From Folioceros fuciformis (Eukaryota): a DNA stretch of 29,640 bases. Of the stretch, positions 18,699 through 29,640 are shown piece by piece. Positions within the stretch are counted from its first letter, which is position 1. Each line of letters begins with the position of its first letter. Under the pieces are notes generated by a model, which was not told the DNA's origin, did no database searches, and saw only the letters and a program-made list of their open reading frames with translations. The translations under genes were made by a program, and so were the position numbers. The stretch is taken from the NCBI GenBank assembly GCA_049999805.1, contig JBNGIO010004579.1, forward strand, positions 62,001 through 91,640. Direction: 5' to 3'.

Positions 18699-20045
18699 AT
18701 GGAGGAGAGGAAAAAACGGAACAAGCATAGATCCGAAGGGTATACAAAACCATACAAGTATATGTTGTTGTTTATTGATGGCATAGACCAAAAGAATATT
18801 ACATTGCCGCACATTCTCAGATGGCCAAAGGAATTGAAGGAGAAAAACAGAACTACGGTACATGTTGTGAGGTGTACGGTGTACAACCACAAATTCACTG
18901 AAAAGACATACCTACATTATGTCAATATATGGAACGGGGCCAATTTAACTATGTGCATTATTCATGATATCATTCACAGATATTCATGATATTCATATGA
19001 GGGTCTACTTCCATGGGTTTTATACATCTAGCTGGATAATACTTATCGTGAGAACAAAAACCAGCTACTATTTGGTTATTTGAATATGCTCGTTGGGCTT
19101 CAAGTATTTGTAAAAGTGTAGGCTGGATTCCTTTTTGTAGGCTGTACACATGACCAAGTACACCAAATGTTCTCTAGTTTCTCCAAGCATTTAAGGCACA
19201 AAGATTCGAAGACACTACCGCAACTCATTAATTCTGCATGGCTCATATACTCCGAATCCAGAGATTAAGCACTTGGCTGAAGTTCTAGACTGAGGGTTTG
19301 TCTAGCCTGTCATCCAAGGTGATGGTCGAGGGATGTACAAGGTTGCGGTGAAGAAGCTCAATAATCTTTCAAATCAACCTCAATTTAAAATAAACCGGGA
19401 GGAGAAACCAGGCAAGGGGTCTGTCACTGTAATCTAAAGCAAGCAATACGCAACCTCCCTTCTATGGGAACCCGAGGAGGTCTAGAGTATCTTACGCATG
19501 TATGTTCGATATACATTCATTAAACCATTGCAGGCAAAGGATAGGAAGGGGCCGGAAGGGCAAATGACTGCGAGGGAATGTATGGGACATGTGAAGAAAG
19601 GGTTGTTAAAACTAGCTACATACTTAACTGATGGGGAAATCGTGTGGTGGCAAGACTTCTGGCAAGATAAGAGGAAATTGCTGATATTGTGGACGACACT
19701 GTAGGTTTGGTACAAACGACCCCCTGGACATGGTACAATAGATCAAAAGCAGAAAGATTGTTTCAGCCTATGCAGGTACCAGAAGAGGTTATGTTAGAGG
19801 AAGCACTTCTACTTGACCTACTAGTGAGGACCATGTACATAGGCGCATATCGGAGTAATGGCAGACATGAGGCTGAGATTTCGTAGATGAATAGAGATGT
19901 CTTGGACATACAAAAAGGGATGTTCATAATCACACCATGTGAGGGTGATATACATAATCGAGAGTTTTGGGCAGCAAAAGTTGTGAGCACACATTTGACA
20001 GGTGTGGAGCCTTACTTGTTGCTGCATTTTGTTCCACAATCATGA
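18699..20045 (+). pseudogene. Degenerate DUF7869-type (Sola-like DDD) transposase
   Basis: Reading through stops in one frame gives FIDGIDQKNITLP...NGANLTMCII...LPWVLYI*LDNTYRENKNQLLFGYLNMLV...KV*AGFLFVGCTHDQVHQMFSSFSKHL. This matches the DGMDQ / QLDNxxRENKN / FLxVGHTHxDIDQxFS pattern as I recall it. Broken ORF pieces continue to about 20045. Confidence 0.75.
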
Positions 20046-20090
20046 GATCTTCCACCTAATGTAGAATCTTAGCTTCCTCCAATTACGTCC

Positions 20091-20323
20091 TCCACATGAA
20101 CTCTCTCAAAGCATGCATCTTGAGTGCATCTTGAGTGCTCATAGCTTGAGATGGTTTCCACATCAACTCTTTAAAAGCACGCATCGTGAGTGCTCATAAC
20201 TTGAGATCGTTTCCACATGAACTCTCTCAAAGCACACATCTTGATTGCTCACATCTTGATTGCTCACAGCTTGAGCTTTTCTTCAAAGGAACTCTCTCAA
20301 AGCACGCATCTTGAGTGCTCACA
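20091..20323. repeat. Degenerate tandem repeat, about four copies of a ~55-bp unit
   Basis: The core AACTCTCTCAAAGCACGCATCTTGAGTGCTCA recurs four times. Copies 1 and 3 carry internal micro-duplications (ATCTTGAGTGC; CACATCTTGATTGCT). Confidence 0.85.
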
Positions 20324-21446
20324 AATTAAGCTCTTTGAATTAGCACATAAAGCTAATTGACACCTAGTCCCCATCTTGCTAGGTTCACATAGGGGTTTTC
20401 TCTGAGGTAAATATTAATAATTATAAATATTAATTATAATTATGTGTTTGCGTTTAGATGCATGCAAATATAGTAATTAGTGAATAATTAAGTTATGCTT
20501 ATAAGTGGTACTAATGATAATTATAATTATTAGAAAATATAATATAATATAAAGTCGATAGACACACCTAATGAATGTGGTATGGTGTGAATATGGTTAA
20601 CTAATGAACCATGCATTAGTACGATATTTAACGATACAACACAACACCTTTTTCATAGGCCATCAAAATATGGAAGTCCCCCTCCCCCAATCGTTCCATG
20701 GTCACTTGAAGTTGGAGAACTTGTTGTAGTCCTAAAAATGGTGAGATCAATGATCTTATTCAATGAGATAAGTATTAAAAATGTTATGTTGACATTGTTT
20801 ACCACATTGCTCCTTTAGAGAAACCAACGTGGTATGTTTGGCTTCCCATGTACTATCTGTGTCTCTACATCAAAGTCAGCACAACATCGAAGTCAACACA
20901 ATATGCGAGCTCAACATATTGGTGGAGTCTCTTCCATTGGAACTCCTTAATTCTCCAAGGGAGATTTGGATACCCCACATATATTAAGACGGCTTGAGAC
21001 TTTCTACATAGCAAAAGATCCTTAGATTCTTCCCCCATAGTGTTGTCAAGTCTTAACCATTGATGAACTCGACTCCATGCACTAAGTACTAGTCTACATT
21101 ATTCAGGACTAAACAGCAAGAATCAAGAATATGCAAATGAGCAGCAAGCATTGATACGTCTGTACAATGTATCTATGTGTCTCTACGTATTTTTCCCGAG
21201 ACACGGTGGAAGTTTCTTCCTTTGCTTGTCGTGCATGCCCTGAGAGGACGCCCACTTATTCAAAAATCGAGGGATATTGTAAGCCTCAAGTAAAGGCTTC
21301 CTATGCCGGCCAACGTTGTTGACCAGGCTCGTCAAATGGAACCAGCGAATCCAACGAAATGCTATCCGAGAATCTAGACAGCCTTCACCAATTAAGCACG
21401 GCGCATGAAACTCAAAACACCCGCACCCAGTCGCATAACGGGATGC

Positions 21447-24400
21447 CTAGGCAAAGTTGGAAGCGTTCCGCTTTGCGGATTTATGGCGGACATCTCCTGT
21501 ACTGTTGCCATCAACAAGAGGCAGTGACGAGGTAGGTGCCGAAGGTGGTCCAGCGAATGCACTTATTGCATTTGTGGCAGCCTCAGAAGATGCACCACCA
21601 CCACCTGCCAAATTTGCGACCTGCGAAGGTTCCTCAGCCGACTCCACATCTTTGCGCCTTGACTCTACTAGCCCATCTCCATCACAATAGCGACGCCATA
21701 AATTTCGATAAGCAGCTTCGAGTCCGCGAACAAAATTGGGACCATTGCAGAGTTGTGACTTCAACATCCGCTCCCTTAGATTATTTCTCAGAGCTGCAAG
21801 CACTGGAAAGTCTGAAGCAAGCTCAATGGCTTTATGGACATACTCATCTTCTGTCCGCGCAACCAGCTTTTCCAAACCTATCAGACACGGAAGGATTCAC
21901 CATGTCAGTGCCGCACGACATGACAATGCAAGTGGATGGTGAACCCGGGATGACAGGTACGTACCAACTTGGTGAAGAAGGGTAACGCCCACGTTGTGGG
22001 CATGTACTAGCCCAGACATCGTTACACAAGGTACACCCATGTAGAGGGACTCACAGGTTGTAGTAGTTCCGGCATAAGGAAAGGTATCCAGGCTGCCAGA
22101 ACATCGGATATGGTAAATGGAAAGCCTTTCAAAGGTCAGGTGCAAAAATTCTCAACGCGATGCATACCTTATGTCCATCAATGAATAGGCTTGCATGTGA
22201 TCATGGTTGAGAAGGATCAACGGCAATAGATCAATTCGAAGAGGCTCCACTCCCAACTCCTCCAGCTTAGCTAAAAATCTCTCCCTGACACTCTCAGAAC
22301 AAAAAGGCTTGCACTTTACCACCAGCCTCGAGGTTGGTATGGCACATAGTATTCTGGCCCATACACGAAGCACTCGGACTGTAATCTGAAGCACCGTATC
22401 CCACAAACATTAGCCATGCGCAGGCGGACGCTCCACAACATCATCAAAAACAAGCTACCCAAAACGTGGCACCTTCGCAAGGTTGTTGAAACTCCCAAAT
22501 GTAATAAAACCATTGGCCATGGCTGGAGTTTGGACAACAGGTCCAGTCTCAGGCGATGCTGTGTAACAGAGGAAGCAGCCCGGCAGCCTCACGAGCTCCT
22601 CCACATGCCTGAGACAGTGTCAGACAAATTATGCGTTTCTGCCCGTCTTCGAAACTAATGTCAGCTTATGTTCTTCTAAATCCGCTATGTTATGAACTTA
22701 CCTTTGCCTAGTGTTTGGAGGATCTGCAAGCGCATCAGTGAACCGATAATCTATTGTGGGCAGACCAGTTGTGTTTGGGTATCCAATCCAAGTTGCCTGC
22801 ATCATTAGGCGAAAAAATTATCCAGGTGTCCACAACTTACCCAGCATGGTCGAAGAAATCACAAGCAAATCAATCCCGCGACTGCAGGGAAAAATTCCAG
22901 CAATACCTGGACTGGAGCAGGCCGGCAGGCCATCACACCTAATCTGTTATTTGCTGTGTGACCAGTGAGCTCAACCAGAATATCCACCTTATCTTCTCGT
23001 ACCATATTTGCAACCTTCTTTTCATCGATGCCATAGATGTCCCTCCAAACACCACCCTTCTTCAAAACCGTATCCTTGAACCTGCTCGTTTTGGCATCTT
23101 CCTGAAGAAGTGGTGCACACACAACACGGCTTAGCGTGATGCCTGCAAGCCACGGTTGCAGGGAAAGGAGAGCTTTAATTGCATGAGACTGAACTTGAAA
23201 TGCCATTACCTTCACAACGGCGGAGTACACAACCACCCGGTAGTTCTTACTGTCATGATGAACCAGGGGTGCCTCAATGAAATATGACACAGAGTGCGTG
23301 AAATAGTCTGGCGATATATAACCAACAACCAGGGGCCTATCAACATCCTTTAAATTTTCCCAAGAAGTATATGCAGGGTAGAGTCCACAAAATCGTTTTC
23401 CCCAATCTCTGCAAACAAGACCCTGCCGTCAGCTACAAACTAACTAATAGGTGACATCATAATCCACCATCCAGCAGGCTCGGATGTTACCGATGAGCAT
23501 TGAATAACTTGTCATCCTCCCCCTCATAAATGTAGTTCATGGCAAGCAATCGGTTCTGCACACAAAGCGTGCACCAGAAAGTGTTACTAATAAAGAAGGC
23601 AGACAGAGAAGAGCAACCTGAAGTACACAGAAGGATCCACTCGCACCTGCCCAGCATTGCGAGAATCAGGATCAATTTGCAAGCACCGCTCATAGGCGTC
23701 AATAGCTAGCGGAATATTTCCAGCATCTCTGTGCAAGACGCCTGCGAAGACTGCGTAAGTAACAACAGCTAACAGCCTTCCAAATTTATCACTGACAGCA
23801 ACAACAGCCCAATTCTTAAGAAAAGCAAGAGCCATCACCTAAATTGTTGTAGGCTTCTGCATAGGAAGAGTTTGCAATTATAGCCTTTTCAATCATGCTT
23901 GCTGCTGAATCCATTTTCCCCTAAACAGGAAAATTGAGTTGTCCATTTAACTGTCCTATCTGTCTGTGAAGGCAGGATGGCTCTACAAAGAAAAATTGTG
24001 GGAAGCCGATAGATCAGAAACCCTAGGACCTGTGTTACCTGGACTGTGTAAACCACACCAAGATTGTTCAGTGACTGGGAGAAGTTGGGCTTTATCGACA
24101 ACGCCATCTGCAACAAAAGCAGCCAGTAAGAAGGACCACTTCATGGGGGAGCCACAGGAGTCCTGCTCAAGAAATGCAGTAAAACAGACAGTTCATTCCC
24201 GCGCTGAATGAGATCACCTTGGGAGGGATAGCAGGTCTTAAAATAAAGCTAAAGTCAGCATTCATGCAAAGGAAGGACTGACCTCATTGAAGAGCATCCT
24301 ACTAACAAGGTGATCAATCAAGAAACATAGATAAACTGCCATACAAGCCACCACCAACCTGGTAACACTCAACAGCTTTGTCAAGATTATCTCTGTCTTT

Positions 24401-26333
24401 GTATATGACGCCTAGATTGTTGCAAGCTTCTGCACAATGTGGATTGAAATGTAGTGCGAGCTCATACATGACTACTGCCTGAAGGAACAATACTATAGTG
24501 TCAGGACAAACAAAAGGGACGCAATTGCAATCAAAGGACCTAGTAACCCTATGAGTATCTAAATTTCGAGCTTATTTAGTAAAACATAAAATTTACCTTG
24601 TCAAACTTGAGCATTTCTCCATACGCAACACCTAGGTTGTACATTGCATCTGCATAGTGCCAGTTGTAAAGAAGAGCTTTCTTGTAAAACGCCACCCCTC
24701 GATGAATGTCGCCCTCCAGTTTAACCTGAATGAAAATGAATCCACACAAAGATAACCGCAAACCCGCCTTCAAAAACCCTGTCTTTTGAGACCAAGATAA
24801 CCATTTGACATACCCACGAACCCATGTCGGCATGTAGCAAATATCAGAGAAAAGAAAGAGGGACGCAAGAGTTTGCACACACCTTAGTGCCAAGATCAGT
24901 AAGGGCAATTGCCATATTGTTTTTGGCGATATCAAAGTTCGGAGACACAGCCAAACACCTGCTAAAACAGAAAGGAAACCAAAAGCCCATTAACTGCCAA
25001 GATCTGACAAACCTTACATATCCAAGTTGCTTCCAAAAAAATACCACGAATGAAAGAATCATCTTTTCACCGCACCTCTCATAGCATGCAATAGCTGATT
25101 CTAGATCTCCTCGATTCTTGTAAATGACACCCATGTTGCAGTAGGCTTCAGCATACATGGGCCTATTAGCAGCTGCTTTTTCATAGCAACTAAGAGCCAT
25201 ATCATACTGCATCATCTCCGAGTAGACAACTCCCAGATTGTAATAAGCTGGCTGCGAAGGAAAGAACAGTAAAGATTCCCACCCGTTTCCTCAGTCAGGT
25301 CTATGCATAACTTGGACCAGCATCAGGAGAAGATCCAGCTCTGGAAACTTTGTTCTGAGCAGTGTGCAAATAGAGCACAGCCTACACATTGGAACCAGCT
25401 AGAATCACAATGCAAATCAATCAGCGTCCATGGATGAAGACAGAGCTATTCACATTAAGGGCACATATGCTTTCTCCCAACAGGAGGATCGTAGTGTGAA
25501 CACATACCGCATAGTGACTATCTGCCTTGAGGGCATCATAATATTTTTGCAGGCCGTCTTGCACATTGCCAGACAGCTTCAAACTTGTGCCTAGATCCGT
25601 GAGAACGATGGCAAGGTTTTCCGAGGCCGGCTTATAACTGGCATCTGCAATAAGAGCCTTATGGTATGCCTGCATCCAGTGAGGGTTGCGTCCATCAGCG
25701 TCTGGCAAGCAACGTACTCACACCTGATATCCACAGAGAGACTCCAGCAAGAATCGCTCGTGTCATGGAAACTACATCCCGGCCCGCCATGTGCAAAGCA
25801 TAATCCACATGCAGTAAAAACAGTGAGAAGCGTAAGTAACAGCATACCTCAGCAGCTTGCACAAGATGACCCTCCTCCTTGTACAGAATGCCACAGTGTG
25901 TGAGAGCACAGGCATTCTTTGGATCCAGACTCAGGGCATCGGTAAAGCTGTCGAAAGCTTGCCTTGATGACCCCTGCATCTGAAGGCAGATTCCTTTGCC
26001 CACGTGGGCTTCCACATTTCTGGGATCCACCTCAAGTACGCTCTCATACAGGTTTAGGGCATCCACAAATTTGTTGCGAGTGCGCAGAATAGCTGCAAAG
26101 GAAAGTGCATCTTTACCCCCAATTCTGCGTGCAGAAGTTGTTGGCACAAGAGTGCTGCTGCTGACGGGCAAGCTCATGCTGCATTCTGGAGCAATCGCAG
26201 CCGAAGAGGGCCTTCTTTTCATTCTCTGACTCTCGGTCGAAGATTCCCTCTCTCTACTGGTGCCGTTAGGTGCCGGAGTCGGTGCCGGGGGATGAACAAT
26301 CTGAGATTCTGGCCATGCCATCATATGCCCCAT
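21447..26333 (-). CDS. SPY: SPINDLY protein O-fucosyltransferase (N-terminal TPRs plus catalytic domain), 17 coding exons
   Basis: Exons encode TPRs (AHVGKGICLQ, NLAIVLTDLGTSLKLSG, YAEAYCNMGVIYKNRG, NWHYADAMYNLGVAY) and catalytic motifs (SPDYFTHSVSYFIEAPL, DILVELTGHTANNRLG, LDTFPYAGTTTTCESLYMGVPCV). The introns I traced have GT donors. Start is 26333, 26324 or 26321 (MAW). Confidence 0.97.
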
Positions 26334-27990
26334 GGGCGTCTTCAAAAATGTTCCTCATCCTGGACAGACATGGCAACGATCGCAGCAGTGCCTAGACACA
26401 ACGAGCTGATGCCTGCTTGCTGTCCAAGACCGTTTCACTGTCCCACTCGTAGTCAGCTAACAACCAGCTGGGCCCGAAGCTTGCTTGACTCGCGGACGAG
26501 ATGATAATTCGCCCCACCCGGGACAACCAGCTAATCCAGCCGACTACCTGTGCGAGGTGCGTGTGGAGTGATATAGTAGGCAGGTCCAACTTGAAAAGGT
26601 GTGGTGGAGAGGCATGATGTGTGATCGGATTGAGACGAGACAAGCTTGGCAGGCTGGTTGGCGCAAGAACGACGCCGTCCCGCAGCCGAAGTTGTGGAGA
26701 ATCATATCAAGCCCTGACCTAGGACATGAGGGCGAGGGCCTGCATCCCGAGCTGGCATAATTTTATAAGCTTTATTCAACCGGATGAAAGTGCGAACACT
26801 CATCGTTGTCAGCATCTCTCTATTTTGTCTCATCCTCCATATTGAACAATCGGCCCTGTGGAACATGTGAAAGCAGGTGGCAATACGACCTCACATGCTA
26901 GTGGCGTTCTAATTTCAGTGTGAATGAGGTTCTTCCTCGAGGCCTTTCGCAAATCTCTCCCCTAGTACATGGTGTGAACAACGTGTTTCTCTGGCTCGGC
27001 GAAGATATCGTATCTTCTTCTTGTTCTGGCCTCCATAGCCATGGCCTTGAAGCTCGGCGGGAAACTATCGATTGTGCGGCACGTGTTCTCGCCACAGTCC
27101 AGTCGTCCCTCCCTTCCCTCTCTCCAAACGAGCGGAAGCATGCGAGCGCGGGTAGCTTGGTATGAGGTTCTTTCCTCCGGTGATTCGGATTACAAGGACG
27201 TGGAATTCTCATCTCGATCTTTGTCCCAAGAACAACAGCTCTACGGCAGCGTTTCATGTCTAGGTGTTCGAGAATTGTCACAACTGTGAGCAATCCATCT
27301 CCTTCCTGAGTCAGGGTTAACCGACGGCTGTCCACGGGAGCAGGACACGAGCACGAGCAAGATCGTGCTCCACAATTCAGGTGTCTAGACGCAGATCATA
27401 GCTTGACGAAGAATCTGAGCGAACCACCGCACGCATTCGGAATCATCTTCCAGCCAATGAAAAGCCGTCAGCTAAAGGCGAAAAGAAATTTTCGACGTCA
27501 CACATGAGTGACAGAGCAGCCCACGGTGTGTAGAACGGGAAACAGTTACCTTTTTGAGAGGCTGGGGAGTCACATTTTCGAGATAGCGACGGCTAGTGGA
27601 CGGGTGAAATCAGGCAGGTGCTGAACATAGATCCGCCAGGTGTTGGAGTGCGTAGGAGCTGATTCCGTCATACGCGGAGATTTGTCCACCGGGGATTGAG
27701 GGTGTTAGTGACTGAACCCTGAACGCGATCCCCGTACCGTCCACAGGAGCGACGCATGATTTTCATGCTGAACGAACACGCGGCAACCTAGTCTTGCAAT
27801 AACGAAGGGCCACTACCCCTAGGTTCAATGAGACTGTGCCTTCATGTTTGAAGTACTGTCCTACTTGTGCGTGGGAAGCAATTGTCACTCTTGGCAGAGA
27901 ATGTTGAATCAATTACGGTAGGCATATGTTACACAGCTATGAACAAACAAATCCAAACTCTCACGAAACAATCCAGACCCATGAGAGCAG

Positions 27991-29568
27991 CTAGAGTCTC
28001 TTCTGCACCCAGGTAGATATCTCCTCAAACAGGGTCCTGCACACGGTAGAACGCCATCTTCGTTAGAGGCCAAAAATGCTAGCAGACACTGTGGCATGCA
28101 CCACAGTCCTAGAAGGGAATGAGAGTCGTACCAGACCAAAGCTTGATTCAAGGCACGCCTTCCAACCCTCGGCAAAATACCAGTGTATAATCCCCTGAAC
28201 CCTCGTTCCTGCATAACGTGATTGGTATTCCACCTGCTCAACACTAGACCGTAAAACGATGAAGTAACCGGAGGTGCAACCAACCTACCTGAACAATGAT
28301 GCGCACAGTCGACAAAATACCAGTATTATGCCGAGGGTCGAGTTGAAGCCTAGTACGAATCTGCCAACCAACATTCTCGCAAATATAAAAACATTCTCGC
28401 AGTTGCCCCACGCGTGCTTTAATAAGCATGGCCTTGTGGTTGAGAAGATACCACGTCGGGAGGGTGTGTAAGGAGGGTTGCCCCAGCACCAGCGACAGCA
28501 CCTGTGATCACGAAGCATCCTATCAGAGAAGGGAGATAAACTGTTCACACAGTGTCAAGGCCATCTGAAGGTCACACCAAATCCTGCGTCACTCCCACGG
28601 AAATGTGCTGCAGCTCACCTGAGAAAAAATTGACGTAGCCCGGTGCTGTCTGTGGTTGCAGCTCTGAACACAAGAGACACACAGTCCACAACAATTCAGG
28701 TTACCCCAAGTCAGGGACCAACAGATAGCGCTAGGAATGACAACATAGCCAAAAAAACACACCTCGTAGTGAATGCTGCAATCGGTTGTACATCAGCAAG
28801 TACAGTCCAGAATAAGGGGCATCTCGAGCAAGGGTTGCAAGCATCCCACTATACAGACCTGTTGCAAGCTTCAACCGTAAGGGCCAGGAGAGTATATAAA
28901 GAATCCCGGAAGAGCTAGCCGACATTGAGCATTGATTGAATCACCTGCCACGCCTTCCGTTCGCGCAATCGAAGCTAAACCCGCGGCCGTGCTAGTGTAC
29001 CGTAGACTGGACGCTGTCATACTGCATTGAACCTATCTACAACAAACTCGTGACAGTAACGAGCCTGGCGCTGCAGCATCATCCATGCAATATCGGCCGA
29101 AACCGACATCAACAAACTACACACCTCCATACGCGTCTTCACGACCGTGATAGGGCAGCAAACCACAGACGCAAAGGCACGGGTAAGCGCGCCGGCACCG
29201 AAGGCCACAGAATCCGAAACCTTCTCGTTCACGGACGAACCCGGACTCGGCGCCAGCGCACTGACGATGGTGCCAAGCACGCCGAAGTACAGTCCGGCAC
29301 CCAAACCGACGCGCACGCAGGCCGGGCCTGTGCCACGCCACAACCCTGCCATGCCTTCCCTTCTCACCACGGAGCTCACCACATCCCGGATGCCCTGCCG
29401 TTGCCCTCCCGCGGGCTGTACCGCCTGCAGGTGCGTCTTCACCACATCCAACGGCTGCAACACCACAGTGGTCGCCACTCCCGCCACCGCTCCCGCCACA
29501 AATTTGGCAGCTCTGCTCTTGCTTTTCTTCTCATCACTCCCTCCCGCTGCTGCCGCACTTTCCGCCAT
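27991..29568 (-). CDS. Mitochondrial carrier family protein, SLC25A38/Hem25 (glycine carrier)-like, about 8 exons
   Basis: Three carrier signature motifs: QPLDVVKTHLQ, CPITVVKTRME and HPPDVIRTRLQ. Also RDAPYSGLY, typical of SLC25A38/Hem25, and GILPRVGRR. The last exon encodes TLFEEISTWVQKRL* with its stop at 27991-27993. Confidence 0.88.
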
Positions 29569-29640
29569 GGCCGCTGGTGTGACGTCGGTCTCCTCCTCGC
29601 CATGAGAAGTCTCATACAGTATATAGGCTGTCTCCCACTC

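Larger units (their letters stand above)
17100..21100. mobile_element. AT-rich decayed transposon region; boundaries approximate, possibly nested elements
   Basis: GC drops abruptly relative to the flanking genes. The region has an internal transposase-like relic and repeated short motifs (TAGACC...ACTC x3 and GAGTGGGCCGGT x2 at ~17305-17650). No TIR or TSD was identified. Confidence 0.6.

Noticed and set aside
19029-19121. Idea that TAG stops in the transposase relic are repaired by U-to-C editing
   Set aside because: PPR editing acts on organellar RNA. This nuclear relic also has a duplication, frameshifts and damaged motifs, so ordinary C-to-T decay is sufficient.
26392-27335. ORFs upstream of SPY (83-145 aa)
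   Set aside because: No recognisable domain, and several have non-ATG starts. The region is more likely SPY 5' UTR, intron or promoter.
29439-29603. Out-of-frame ATG 35 nt upstream of the carrier start (overlapping uORF)
   Set aside because: A TATA-like motif lies only about 20 nt further upstream, so this ATG may be outside the transcript. It cannot be assessed at the window edge.

Overview
Gene-dense nuclear DNA of a non-flowering land plant. It is probably a hornwort, inferred from the co-occurrence of KPAxA/HAE-type and WW-type DYW-PPR architectures and from short GT-AG introns. Order: (1) an intronless PLS-PPR with a complete DYW:KP-type domain, a candidate U-to-C organellar RNA editor (+); (2) a convergent PLS-PPR-E1-E2 WW-type gene built from five 312-bp tandem S-P-L units, whose DYW catalytic motif survives only out of frame (-); (3) a ~32-motif PLS-only PPR (-); (4) a spliced PP2C phosphatase (+); (5) a 34-35-bp minisatellite; (6) an intronless arginine decarboxylase with a candidate 7-codon uORF (-); (7) a ~4-kb AT-rich decayed transposon region with a DUF7869/Sola-like transposase relic, a telomere-motif inverted repeat and local tandem repeats; (8) SPINDLY with 17 coding exons (-); (9) a spliced SLC25A38/Hem25-like mitochondrial carrier (-). 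The most notable element is the three-gene PPR cluster showing three different catalytic states: KP, decayed WW and none. The DYW:KP class itself is already known. No RNA genes or CRISPR arrays were recognised.
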